A stretch of 64,000 nt of DNA from Muribaculaceae bacterium. Lineage in GTDB: Bacteria; Bacteroidota; Bacteroidia; Bacteroidales; Muribaculaceae. The stretch spans positions 61,170 through 125,169 of the forward strand of contig JAFQZK010000025.1 of NCBI GenBank assembly GCA_017405965.1, read 5' to 3'. Under the pieces are notes generated by a model. That model ran no database searches. It was not told the DNA's origin and saw only the letters and a program-made list of their open reading frames with translations. The translations under genes and the position numbers were made by a program. Positions 34,004 to 42,889 of this stretch are shown piece by piece (position 1 is the stretch's first letter; every line of letters begins with the position of its first letter).

Positions 34004-34017
34004 AATGGGGTTCCCGG

Positions 34018-35061
34018 CTACAGGTGCTTGGTCAGGGGCTTGTCGTCCCAGTTGTTGACGATGGCGGTGAGCCATTGGCGTGTGGCGGGGTCGTCGAGGC
34101 GGGCGATTTCCTTCAGCAGGGCGGGACGGTCATAGGGTGGCAGCTTGAACACCGGCAACAAGCGGTTGCCTTGATCACGGTGGGCACCCATCCATCGCAG
34201 GAAACGCTGCGGGTTCATCTTGTACAGTTGCGCCACATCCCACGGGAAGGGATTGTACTGGTAATCGGGGTCATAGGTGGAGTTGACCAGCTCGGTGTAG
34301 CCGTTCCAGGTGTCCATGATGCTGGGGTCGTGGAGTGAGCACACGAGCATGTCCCAGGACTTGAAGTCGAGCGCGGCATAGTAGTCGATGTCACCTTTTT
34401 CCTTGGTAATGCGTTGCCCTTGCATGACAAAGTGCCCCTTGGCATTGATGACATACTCCTGTTGCCACTCCTGCTGCCAAATCGGGGCGCCCTTGAGGTC
34501 GCCGTCAAAGTCCATCACACAGCGGCCCATCATGCGGTGCAGCGTCACACGGTCACCGTCGAAGGTGAAATGTCCGTCGAGGGTGAGTGCCGAGTCGTTG
34601 TCGGCATTCGAGAAGTCGATGCGCCACACCACGTGCTGCTCACGCCCGTTGAGGGCATCAAGCAAACGGCCCTGACGATCATAGGTCATCAAATCCACAC
34701 TATAGCCGGCACCGCTACCCGAGTAGATGGCGGCCAGGGTGATACCACTGCCCATGTCGCGCACGCCCAGGAGCAACCAGTTGCCCATATCGTCGACGAA
34801 GCCTTTGCCCGCCGGAACGACGAGCGCATCATACTGCTCACGATTGAGTTTCACGCCCTTGAGATCGTCAACCTTCTGGTTCGGATCGCCGCAATAGACG
34901 TCGGGCATAACGAGGCTGTCACCCAACAGCAATTTATCGGTGACCGTGATACCCAGTTTGTCAAGGAAAGTGAATTGTTCATCCTCGACCTTGTTCCCTC
35001 CCGAACAAGCCCATAACGCCATGGCCAGCACAGCAATCGCCCAAAAGTGTATTTTTTTCAT
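34018..35061 (-). CDS. Lipoprotein of unknown function
   Basis: The ATG at 35061 gives MKKIHFWAIAVLAMALWAC (lipobox). A -7 box lies 31 bp upstream. Confidence 0.5.
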   Translation of the reverse strand: MKKIHFWAIAVLAMALWACSGGNKVEDEQFTFLDKLGITVTDKLLLGDSLVMPDVYCGDPNQKVDDLKGVKLNREQYDALVVPAGKGFVDDMGNWLLLGVRDMGSGITLAAIYSGSGAGYSVDLMTYDRQGRLLDALNGREQHVVWRIDFSNADNDSALTLDGHFTFDGDRVTLHRMMGRCVMDFDGDLKGAPIWQQEWQQEYVINAKGHFVMQGQRITKEKGDIDYYAALDFKSWDMLVCSLHDPSIMDTWNGYTELVNSTYDPDYQYNPFPWDVAQLYKMNPQRFLRWMGAHRDQGNRLLPVFKLPPYDRPALLKEIARLDDPATRQWLTAIVNNWDDKPLTKHL

Positions 35062-35091
35062 AAAACCAGAAATGATTTGCTCTCTTTGCTG

Positions 35092-35099
35092 CAAATGTA
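35092..35099 (-). promoter_or_regulatory. Bacteroidota -7 promoter box (TACATTTG)
   Basis: Exact TAnnTTTG match on the minus strand, 31 bp upstream of ATG 35061. Confidence 0.45.
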
Positions 35100-35223
35100 A
35101 GGAAAAATCCCATAACCGATGCAACCCGCGGCATTTTTTACCTCAAAAAACACGCTGAAGGCGGATTTAGGCAAATAATTGGCACGCAATTTGCCTATGT
35201 GCGCTAAGAACACTAATTTTGCA

Positions 35224-35231
35224 GTTTGAAT
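35224..35231 (+). promoter_or_regulatory. Bacteroidota -7 promoter box (TAATTTTG) for panCD
   Basis: Exact TAnnTTTG match 24 bp upstream of ATG 35255. It supports the shorter panC start. Confidence 0.45.
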
Positions 35232-35254
35232 TCACATCTTATATATTGAAAAGA

Positions 35255-36100
35255 ATGAAAATTATCAGCAAGGTCAATGAGTTGCGCGAGGCCGTCGAGG
35301 CTTTTCGCCAGGCAGGTAAGTCGGTAGGTCTGGTGCCCACGATGGGTGCCTTGCACGAGGGTCACAAGTCGCTCGTTGAGCGTGCTCGACGCGAGAACGA
35401 CGCCGTTGTGGTGAGTTGCTTCCTCAATCCCACGCAGTTCAACAACAAGGAGGACTTGCGTACCTATCCCCGCACCGCCGAGCGCGATGCCGCGATGCTC
35501 GAGGCCTGTGGTGTGGATGTGGCTTTCATGCCCACTGTCGAGGAGATTTATCCCGAGCCCGACACCCGCGTGTTTGACCTCGGACCCGTCCAGCAGGTGA
35601 TGGAAGGCGCCATGCGCCCCGGCCACTTCAACGGCGTGTGCCAGATAGTGAGCAAGCTCTTCTCGTGGGTGATGCCCGACCGCGCTTACTTCGGCGAGAA
35701 GGACTTCCAGCAGATTGCCGTCATCCGCGCGATGATCAAGCAACTGGGATTCAATATTGATATCGTGCAATGCCCCTGCGTGCGCGAGGATGATGGCCTG
35801 GCAAAGAGCAGCCGCAACGTGCGCCTCACCCCTGAGGTTCGCAAGGTCGCTCCGCAAATCTATGCCACCCTCAAGCGCAGCCTGGAGTTCGCTAAGGACC
35901 ACACCGTGGAACAGACCCACGACTGGGTGGTAGCCACCATCGACGCTTGGCCTGAAATGGAGACCGAATATTTCTCGATCTGCGACGGCATCACACTCCA
36001 GCCTGTCACCAACTGGGACGACAGCGACTACATCGTGGGTTGCATCACCGTCTATTGCGGCGACGTGCGCGAGATCGACAACATCACTTACAAGAAGTGA
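35255..36100 (+). CDS. panC: Pantoate--beta-alanine ligase
   Basis: [17 protein letters not shown] (HIGH-like motif), RPGHFNGV and YFGEKDFQQ. Confidence 0.9.
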   Translation: MKIISKVNELREAVEAFRQAGKSVGLVPTMGALHEGHKSLVERARRENDAVVVSCFLNPTQFNNKEDLRTYPRTAERDAAMLEACGVDVAFMPTVEEIYPEPDTRVFDLGPVQQVMEGAMRPGHFNGVCQIVSKLFSWVMPDRAYFGEKDFQQIAVIRAMIKQLGFNIDIVQCPCVREDDGLAKSSRNVRLTPEVRKVAPQIYATLKRSLEFAKDHTVEQTHDWVVATIDAWPEMETEYFSICDGITLQPVTNWDDSDYIVGCITVYCGDVREIDNITYKK

Positions 36101-36164
36101 GTGCCTGCGGCGCTGATTAGTGATTAGAGATTAGAGAAACTGACAACTAAAAGCTGAAAGAGAT

Positions 36165-36527
36165 ATGTACATCCAGGTCATGAAATCCAAGATCCACCGT
36201 GTGACTGTCACCGATGCCAACCTCAACTACATCGGCAGCATCACCATTGACCAGGATCTGATGGACGCCGCCGGCATCATCGAGGGCGAGCGCGTGTATA
36301 TCGTTGACGTGAACAATGGTGAGCGACTGGACACCTACACCATCGCCGGTGAGCGCGGCAGCGGCACCATCTGCCTGAACGGCGCCGCAGCACGCAAGGT
36401 CGAGGTGGGCGATATCGTCATCATCATGGCGTATGCCATTGTCACCCCCGAGGAAGGCCGCGAGTTCAAGCCGCAGGTCGTCTTCCCCGACACGGCCACC
36501 AACCGCTTGATCAAGAAGAAGAAATAA
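36165..36527 (+). CDS. panD: Aspartate 1-decarboxylase
   Basis: [24 protein letters not shown] with the Gly-Ser self-cleavage site. 120 aa. Confidence 0.9.
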   Translation: MYIQVMKSKIHRVTVTDANLNYIGSITIDQDLMDAAGIIEGERVYIVDVNNGERLDTYTIAGERGSGTICLNGAAARKVEVGDIVIIMAYAIVTPEEGREFKPQVVFPDTATNRLIKKKK

Positions 36528-36637
36528 CAATAACCGTCCAATATCCACGCTAAGGCGCTAAGCTATTATAAACTTTGCGGCTTAGCGTGAGGTTTCCGGA
36601 CAAAACAAACTGAGAAATTCTAAAAACCACCAAAATA

Positions 36638-37987
36638 ATGTTTGAAAATTTATCAGAGAAACTCGAACGGTCATTCAAGGTCCTGAAAGGACAAGGCCGC
36701 ATCACCGAAATCAATGTAGCTGCTACCCTGAAGGAAGTGCGCCGAGCACTGGTTGACGCCGATGTCAGCTACCCCGTCGCCAAGAAGTTTGTCGATGACG
36801 TCAAGGCCAAAGCCATCGGCCAGAACGTAATCAACGCCGTGAACCCCAGCCAGTTGATGGTCAAAATCGTTCACGACGAACTGGCAACGCTCATGGGTGG
36901 CGAGGAAGCTACCTTCAGCATCGAAGGCAATCCTGCCGTCATCCTGATGTCGGGTCTGCAAGGTTCCGGTAAGACCACTTTCACCGGCAAGCTTGCCAAC
37001 CGCCTCAAGACCGGTAAGGAAAAACGCAAACCGCTGCTCGTGGCCTGTGACGTTTATCGCCCCGCCGCCATCGACCAGCTCAAGACCATTGCCGAGCAAA
37101 TCGAGGTGCCTGTCTATAGTGAGCCCGAGAGCAAGGATCCCGTCGCCATCGCCCAGCATGCCATCGAGCATGCCAAGAGCAACGGCTACGACCTGGTGAT
37201 TGTCGATACCGCCGGCCGCCTCGCTGTTGACGAGGCCATGATGGTCGAGATCAAGGCCATCAAGGATGCCATCCATCCCAACGAGACCCTGTTTGTCGTC
37301 GATTCGATGACCGGTCAGGATGCCGTCAACACCGCCAAGGCCTTCAACGAGCGCCTTGACTTTGACGGCGTTGTCCTCACCAAGCTCGACGGTGACACCC
37401 GTGGCGGTGCCGCACTGTCGATCCGTGCCGTCGTCGACAAGCCCATCAAGTTCGTGGGTATCGGCGAGAAGATGACCGACCTTGACCCCTTCCGTCCCGC
37501 CGGTATGGCCGACCGCATCCTGGGCATGGGCGACATCGTGTCGTTCGTGGACCGCATGCAGCAGCAATATGACGAGGAAGAGGCCGAAAAGCTGGAGAAG
37601 AAAATCAAGCAGAACAAGTTTGACTTCGATGACTTCATCAAGCAGATCAAGCAAATCAAGAAGATGGGTAACCTCAAGAGCCTGGCATCGATGATTCCTG
37701 GCGTGGGTAAGGCCATCAAGGACATTGATATCCCCGACGACGCCTTCAAGGGTGTGGAAGCCATCATCGGCTCGATGACACCCGAGGAGCGTTCCAATCC
37801 CGACATCATCGACGCCAGCCGTCGCAAGCGCATCGCAGCCGGTAGCGGCACCAGCGTCGAGGATGTGAACCGCCTGTTGAAGCAGTTCCTGTCGATGCGC
37901 AAGGTGATGCACCAGGTTTCGACCAATCCCATGCAGATGATGCGCAACGCCAAGGCTCAAGCCAAGGCCGCCAAGCGCGGACGCTAA
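36638..37987 (+). CDS. ffh: Signal recognition particle protein
   Basis: NG domain (GLQGSGKTT, DTAGR, TKLDGD) and a Met-rich M domain. Confidence 0.95.
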   Translation: MFENLSEKLERSFKVLKGQGRITEINVAATLKEVRRALVDADVSYPVAKKFVDDVKAKAIGQNVINAVNPSQLMVKIVHDELATLMGGEEATFSIEGNPAVILMSGLQGSGKTTFTGKLANRLKTGKEKRKPLLVACDVYRPAAIDQLKTIAEQIEVPVYSEPESKDPVAIAQHAIEHAKSNGYDLVIVDTAGRLAVDEAMMVEIKAIKDAIHPNETLFVVDSMTGQDAVNTAKAFNERLDFDGVVLTKLDGDTRGGAALSIRAVVDKPIKFVGIGEKMTDLDPFRPAGMADRILGMGDIVSFVDRMQQQYDEEEAEKLEKKIKQNKFDFDDFIKQIKQIKKMGNLKSLASMIPGVGKAIKDIDIPDDAFKGVEAIIGSMTPEERSNPDIIDASRRKRIAAGSGTSVEDVNRLLKQFLSMRKVMHQVSTNPMQMMRNAKAQAKAAKRGR

Positions 37988-38006
37988 ACCTCGTCACCCT
38001 CGCGAC

Positions 38007-38957
38007 ATGAAGGCCGAGAGAAACAGAACCCTGACGATAGCTGATGATGAGCGCATTGCCCTGAAACAGGACATCACGACGCTCGATCAGATATCGTCGG
38101 GGTTCTCCTTTGACAACACGACGATTCAGGCCGACCTGTTTGACGTCCTGCCTCTCATGCCCGATGCGTTTGCCGACTTGATCATCATCGACCCGCCCTA
38201 CAACCTGGCCAAGGACTTCAACGGCACCAAATTCAAATCCATGAGCAACGATGACTACGAGAATTACCTGCGCTCATGGTTCGGCAGAGTGTGCGACAAA
38301 CTGAAACCCGACGGTTCCTTGTACCTGTGCGGTGACTGGAAATCGACTGCCGCCATGCAACGTGTCATCGAAGAATCGGGACTCACCATCCTCAATCGCA
38401 TCACCTGGCAACGCGAGAAAGGACGCGGTGCCAAGACCAACTGGAAAAACGGCATGGAGGACATCTGGTTCGCGGTCAAGAATCCCAAGAACTATTACTT
38501 CAATGTCGAGGCCGTGATGATGAAGCGTAAAGTCATCGCACCCTATCGTGTGGACGGCGTGGCCAAGGACTGGATGGAGACCGAAGAAGGCAACTTCAGG
38601 ATCACCTACCCTTCTAACTTCTGGGACGACATCAGTATCCCCTTCTGGTCCATGCCCGAGAACACCGACCATCCCACGCAGAAGCCCGAAAAACTGATTG
38701 CCAAGCTCATCTTAGCCTCATCCGAACCGGGCGATCTGGTCTTCGACCCCTTCCTGGGCAGCGGCACCACCAGTGTCGTGGCCAAGAAGTTGGGACGCAT
38801 CTACTGCGGCGTGGAGCTCAACGAAGAGTACTGCCTGTTTGCAACCAAACGCCTGCAGACGGCCGATCACGATACGTCCATCCAAGGCTATAAAGACCAA
38901 GTCTTCTGGGAACGCAACACCCTCCAGGAACAATCTAAGAAAACAATACCTGCCTAG
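38007..38957 (+). CDS. Beta-class DNA methyltransferase (N6-adenine or N4-cytosine), apparently orphan
   Basis: Motif IV IIIDPPYNL precedes motif I FDPFLGSGTTSVVAKKLGRIYCGVELNEEY, which is the beta-class order. It starts 20 bp after the ffh stop. Confidence 0.8.
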   Translation: MKAERNRTLTIADDERIALKQDITTLDQISSGFSFDNTTIQADLFDVLPLMPDAFADLIIIDPPYNLAKDFNGTKFKSMSNDDYENYLRSWFGRVCDKLKPDGSLYLCGDWKSTAAMQRVIEESGLTILNRITWQREKGRGAKTNWKNGMEDIWFAVKNPKNYYFNVEAVMMKRKVIAPYRVDGVAKDWMETEEGNFRITYPSNFWDDISIPFWSMPENTDHPTQKPEKLIAKLILASSEPGDLVFDPFLGSGTTSVVAKKLGRIYCGVELNEEYCLFATKRLQTADHDTSIQGYKDQVFWERNTLQEQSKKTIPA

Positions 38958-38982
38958 TCAGGATATAATAGTAATTCAGCCT

Positions 38983-40041
38983 ATGAAACTGCTCTCCATA
39001 TTGATGCTGTCGGTCGTGTCGTTGCTGCAAAGCAACCACACGGTGAATTTGACTTTTGTGGGCGATGCGATGCAGCATGCGCCGCAAATCACGGCTGCCG
39101 AGCAACCTGACGGCACCTACGACTACAGCCCTTGTTTCCAAAATCTCATTGACGACATCGCGTGGGCCGACCTCGCCGTCGTCAACCTGGAATGCCCATT
39201 GGGCGGCAAGCCCTACACGGGCTATCCATGCTTCAGTGCTCCCGACAGCTACGCCAAGCAGCTGCGCGACGTGGGCTTTGACCTGTTCTTGACGGCCAAC
39301 AACCACTGTCTGGACCGCCGCGACAAGGGATTGGTGCGCACATGCCAGATGCTGGATTCCCTGGGTATCCCACACATCGGCACCTACCGCAATCAGCAAG
39401 AGCGCGACCAGCGCATTCCCTATATCGTGAACGTCAAGGGCATCAAAATCGCCTTTCTGGACTATACCTACGGCACCAACGGCATCCCCATTCAGGGTAA
39501 CGTCATTGTTGATTTCATCGATCAGCAACTCATCGAGAGCGACATCGCGCTGGCACGCGAACGCGGGGCGCACGCCATCTGCGTAAACCTGCATTGGGGC
39601 ATCGAGTATCAGCTCAAACCCGTCGCCTCGCAACGCACCCTCGCCGACTGGCTTGTCACCCAGGGTGTGGACCTCATCATCGGTGGCCACCCCCATGTGG
39701 TCGAGCCCATGGAGGTGCGTTACAGCAAGGAGCACGACAAGAACGTGCTGCTCGTCTATAGCATGGGCAACTTCATCAGCAACCAGAGCGACATCGACAC
39801 CCGTGGCGGCGCCATGGTCAAGGTATCACTGAGAATGGAAAACGGACGAGCCGTTGTCGTTGAGCCCCGTTATAAACTCTTTTTCGTCCAGAAGCCTGTT
39901 GCCCGCGGCGAGAACTATGTCCTCATCCCCGAAGCGCGGCCCGAACTCCTGCGCCCCGACAGCAAAACAGAGTTCACCCGCTTCATGACCCGCACCCACG
40001 ACCTCGTCACCTCACACAACATCGACGTTCCCCAAGAATAA
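38983..40041 (+). CDS. CapA-family (PGA_cap metallophosphatase-like) protein
   Basis: The ATG at 38983 gives MKLLSILMLSVVSLLQS (signal). LTFVGDAMQH, NLECPL, ANNHCLD and GGHPHV motifs. Confidence 0.75.
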   Translation: MKLLSILMLSVVSLLQSNHTVNLTFVGDAMQHAPQITAAEQPDGTYDYSPCFQNLIDDIAWADLAVVNLECPLGGKPYTGYPCFSAPDSYAKQLRDVGFDLFLTANNHCLDRRDKGLVRTCQMLDSLGIPHIGTYRNQQERDQRIPYIVNVKGIKIAFLDYTYGTNGIPIQGNVIVDFIDQQLIESDIALARERGAHAICVNLHWGIEYQLKPVASQRTLADWLVTQGVDLIIGGHPHVVEPMEVRYSKEHDKNVLLVYSMGNFISNQSDIDTRGGAMVKVSLRMENGRAVVVEPRYKLFFVQKPVARGENYVLIPEARPELLRPDSKTEFTRFMTRTHDLVTSHNIDVPQE

Positions 40042-40116
40042 GGGACACGAGGGCAGTTCTTCTGCCCCAGAACGAGAGTTTTTAGCGAGAATTATGGATG
40101 ATTAAGTGATTTTTTC

Positions 40117-40124
40117 TATCTTTG
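40117..40124 (+). promoter_or_regulatory. Bacteroidota -7 promoter box (TATCTTTG) for glnS
   Basis: Exact TAnnTTTG match 47 bp upstream of ATG 40171. Confidence 0.45.
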
Positions 40125-40170
40125 CAGGTTAATTAATGAGAAGAAACTAAAAAGAGATACATTTAATATT

Positions 40171-41892
40171 ATGGCGGAGAATATTGACAATATCAACGCA
40201 GCGGGCGAGGAGAAGAAGCCCTTGAATTTTGTACAGCAGATTGTCGCCGATGATTTGGCGGCTGGTAAGAACGGTGGACGCTTGAACACGCGTTTCCCGC
40301 CTGAACCCAACGGTTATCTGCACATCGGCCATGCCAAGGCCATCTGCATGGACTTCGGTGTAGCCGAGATGTTCGGTGGCACGTGCAACCTGCGCTTTGA
40401 CGACACCAACCCCCAGAAGGAGGACACCGAGTATGTCGAGGCCATCATGCGCGACATCCACTGGCTGGGTTACGACTGGGGCGACCGTCTGTACTATGCC
40501 AGCGACTACTTCCCCAAATTGTATGATTTCGCCATCCGCCTGATCAAGGAGGGTAAGGCCTATGTTGACGACCAGACCAGTGAGCAGATCGCCCAGCAGA
40601 AGGGCACGCCCACCACGCCCGGTACTAACAGCCCTTACCGCGACCGCACCGTCGAGGAGAACCTGGACCTGTTCCAGAGGATGAATGCGGGCGAGTTTGA
40701 GGAGGGCAGCCACGTGTTGCGCGCCAAGATTGACATGGCGTCGAGCAACATGCACTTCCGCGATCCGATCATCTACCGTATCATCAAGACGCCGCACTGG
40801 CGCACGGGCAACAAGTGGAACGTTTATCCGATGTATGACTTCGCCCACGGGCAGAGCGACTACTTCGAGGGTGTGACCCACTCGATCTGCACCCTGGAGT
40901 TTGTCCCCCACCGCGACCTGTACGACTACTTCGTGCACGAGTTGGCCGGCGAGAGCGCCAGCGAGTACTGCCCCCGCCAGATTGAGTTCAACCGCCTGAA
41001 CCTTACCTATACCGTGATGAGCAAGCGCAAGTTGCTGCAGCTCGTCAAGGAGGGCCTCGTGGCCGGTTGGGACGATCCCCGCATGCCGACCCTGTGTGGC
41101 TTGCGTCGCCGCGGCTACACGCCCCAAGCCATCAAGAACTTCATCGAGGACATCGGTTACACCAAATATGAAGCGCTGAACGACATCGGCCTGCTGGAGC
41201 ACAACATCCGCGAGGAACTCAACCACCACGCCAACCGCGTGAGCGCCGTGTTGAACCCCGTCAAGGTTGTCATCACCAACTACCCCGAGGACAAGGTGGA
41301 GATGATGGAGATGGACAACAATCCCGAGCAGGAGAATGCCGGCAAGCACCAGATGCCCTTCTCGCGCGAACTCTACATCGAGCGTGACGACTTCATGGAG
41401 GAGCCTCCCAAGAAGTTCTTCCGCCTCACGCCGGGCAAGGAAGTGCGCCTCAAGGGTGCCTACATCATCATGTGCACCGGCTGCACTAAGGATGCCGACG
41501 GCAACGTGACCGAGATCCAGTGCACCTATGACCCCGACACGCTGAGCGGCAGCGCCGGCAGTCAGCGCAAGGTCAAGGGCACACTGCACTGGGTGAGCGC
41601 GCGTCACTGCGTGGATGCCGAGGTAAGGCTGTATGACCGCCTGTTCGCCGTGGAGAATCCCAGCGCCGACACCGAGCACGACTTCCGCGAACTGCTGAAT
41701 CCCGACTCGCTGCGCGTGCTGCCCGATGCCAAGATCGAACCGTTCCTGGCCGAGACCGCCAAGGAGGGCGACACTTTCCAGTTCCAGCGCATCGGCTACT
41801 TTACCGTCGATCCCGACACCACCGAAGGTCACCTGGTCTTCAACCGCACCATCGGCCTGAAAGACAGCTGGGCCAAGCAACAGGGCAAGTAA
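40171..41892 (+). CDS. glnS: Glutamine--tRNA ligase
   Basis: [16 protein letters not shown] (HIGH) and VMSKRK (KMSKS). The length and C-terminal anticodon-binding domain are typical. Confidence 0.95.
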   Translation: MAENIDNINAAGEEKKPLNFVQQIVADDLAAGKNGGRLNTRFPPEPNGYLHIGHAKAICMDFGVAEMFGGTCNLRFDDTNPQKEDTEYVEAIMRDIHWLGYDWGDRLYYASDYFPKLYDFAIRLIKEGKAYVDDQTSEQIAQQKGTPTTPGTNSPYRDRTVEENLDLFQRMNAGEFEEGSHVLRAKIDMASSNMHFRDPIIYRIIKTPHWRTGNKWNVYPMYDFAHGQSDYFEGVTHSICTLEFVPHRDLYDYFVHELAGESASEYCPRQIEFNRLNLTYTVMSKRKLLQLVKEGLVAGWDDPRMPTLCGLRRRGYTPQAIKNFIEDIGYTKYEALNDIGLLEHNIREELNHHANRVSAVLNPVKVVITNYPEDKVEMMEMDNNPEQENAGKHQMPFSRELYIERDDFMEEPPKKFFRLTPGKEVRLKGAYIIMCTGCTKDADGNVTEIQCTYDPDTLSGSAGSQRKVKGTLHWVSARHCVDAEVRLYDRLFAVENPSADTEHDFRELLNPDSLRVLPDAKIEPFLAETAKEGDTFQFQRIGYFTVDPDTTEGHLVFNRTIGLKDSWAKQQGK

Positions 41893-42092
41893 CTACTAAC
41901 GACAACACTTTCTTTTAAAAAGAAGACAATAAGTACAATAAATACAAAGGGCTTCTGCGCTTGTGTATTTAAAGACATCTTGGACAACTCAGAACAACTC
42001 TTTTAGGGTTGCAACTGGGTTGCCCAAGTTTTTTCGTGATTAATGTGTCTTTAATTGCTGGTTATATTCCAGTTAACTTGTTAGTCTTGGAC

Positions 42093-42111
42093 ACGCCCTT
42101 GGGGCGTTTTT
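42093..42111 (+). terminator. Rho-independent terminator-like hairpin about 200 nt downstream of glnS
   Basis: acgccc-ttg-gggcgt followed by TTTTT. Confidence 0.4.
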
Positions 42112-42244
42112 GCCATCAATTAGTCACCTCTACATTTTCACGCAGACTCTACTTGTTCATATAATTCCGCTAACTCACATCCAGATGTAGTCACGATTCG
42201 GCAAAAAGTCATGGTGCAGTGTTGCGGGTATTCTAACTTTGCAT

Positions 42245-42252
42245 TATCTTTG
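42245..42252 (+). promoter_or_regulatory. Bacteroidota -7 promoter box (TATCTTTG) for tsaC
   Basis: Exact TAnnTTTG match 21 bp upstream of ATG 42273. A second TAACTTTG lies just upstream. Confidence 0.45.
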
Positions 42253-42272
42253 CATATTGCAAAACAACAGAA

Positions 42273-42875
42273 ATGAGTTCAAAAAAGGAAGAAACACAGA
42301 AAAACAGGGCCCAACAAGAAGCCGATATCGTTCAGTGTCTCAAGGTGTTGAGTGCCGGAGGGTTGATTCTCTACCCTACCGACACGGTGTGGGGCATCGG
42401 TTGTGATGCGACCAATCCCGAAGCCGTCAACAGCGTTTATCAACTCAAGCAACGCGACGACAGCAAGGCGTTGCTCGTGCTCATCGATAGCGCCGAGCAT
42501 CTGGACCACTATGTGGTGGATGTGCCCATCATCGCCCGTGAACTCATCGACGTGGCCGTCAAGCCCCTGACCATCATTTTTGAAGGGGCCTACAACCTGG
42601 CATCCAACCTATTGGGTGACAAGGACAGCGTGGGCATACGCATTCCCAATGATGAATTCTGCCACCGCCTGTGCGAGCGCTACGGCAAACCCATCGTGTC
42701 CACCTCAGCCAACCTGAGCGGAGCGCCCACGGCCAAGACCTTTGCCGACATCGACCCCGCCATCGTGCAGGGTGTTGACTATGCTGTGCAATACCGCCGC
42801 AGTGACAGCACAGCCCACGAGCCGTCGAACATCATTCTGTTGAGCCGCGACAACACTTTTAAGATCATCCGCTAA
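42273..42875 (+). CDS. tsaC: L-threonylcarbamoyladenylate synthase (YrdC/TsaC family)
   Basis: GGLILYPTDTVWGIGCDATN and STSANLSG motifs. 200 aa. Confidence 0.8.
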   Translation: MSSKKEETQKNRAQQEADIVQCLKVLSAGGLILYPTDTVWGIGCDATNPEAVNSVYQLKQRDDSKALLVLIDSAEHLDHYVVDVPIIARELIDVAVKPLTIIFEGAYNLASNLLGDKDSVGIRIPNDEFCHRLCERYGKPIVSTSANLSGAPTAKTFADIDPAIVQGVDYAVQYRRSDSTAHEPSNIILLSRDNTFKIIR

Positions 42876-42889
42876 ACCTGCCATAACCT

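Noticed and set aside
28530-35061. Cohesin-like partner among the uncharacterised secreted proteins and lipoproteins in the window (1830-2924, 28530-29444, 30478-31491, 34018-35061)
   Set aside because: None shows a recognisable cohesin-type ~140-aa beta-sandwich repeat by eye. The claim would be pure speculation without HMM or structure searches.
38773-38982. Long N-terminal extension of the CapA-family ORF that overlaps the methyltransferase gene
   Set aside because: The extension overlaps 185 nt of the well-supported methyltransferase frame. The ATG at 38983 gives a normal signal peptide (MKLLSILMLSVVSLLQ).
38007-40041. Restriction-modification system reading of the methyltransferase locus
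   Set aside because: The neighbours are ffh and a CapA-family metallophosphatase-like gene. There are no nuclease (PD-(D/E)xK, HNH), specificity-subunit or helicase motifs, so it is treated as an orphan methylase.
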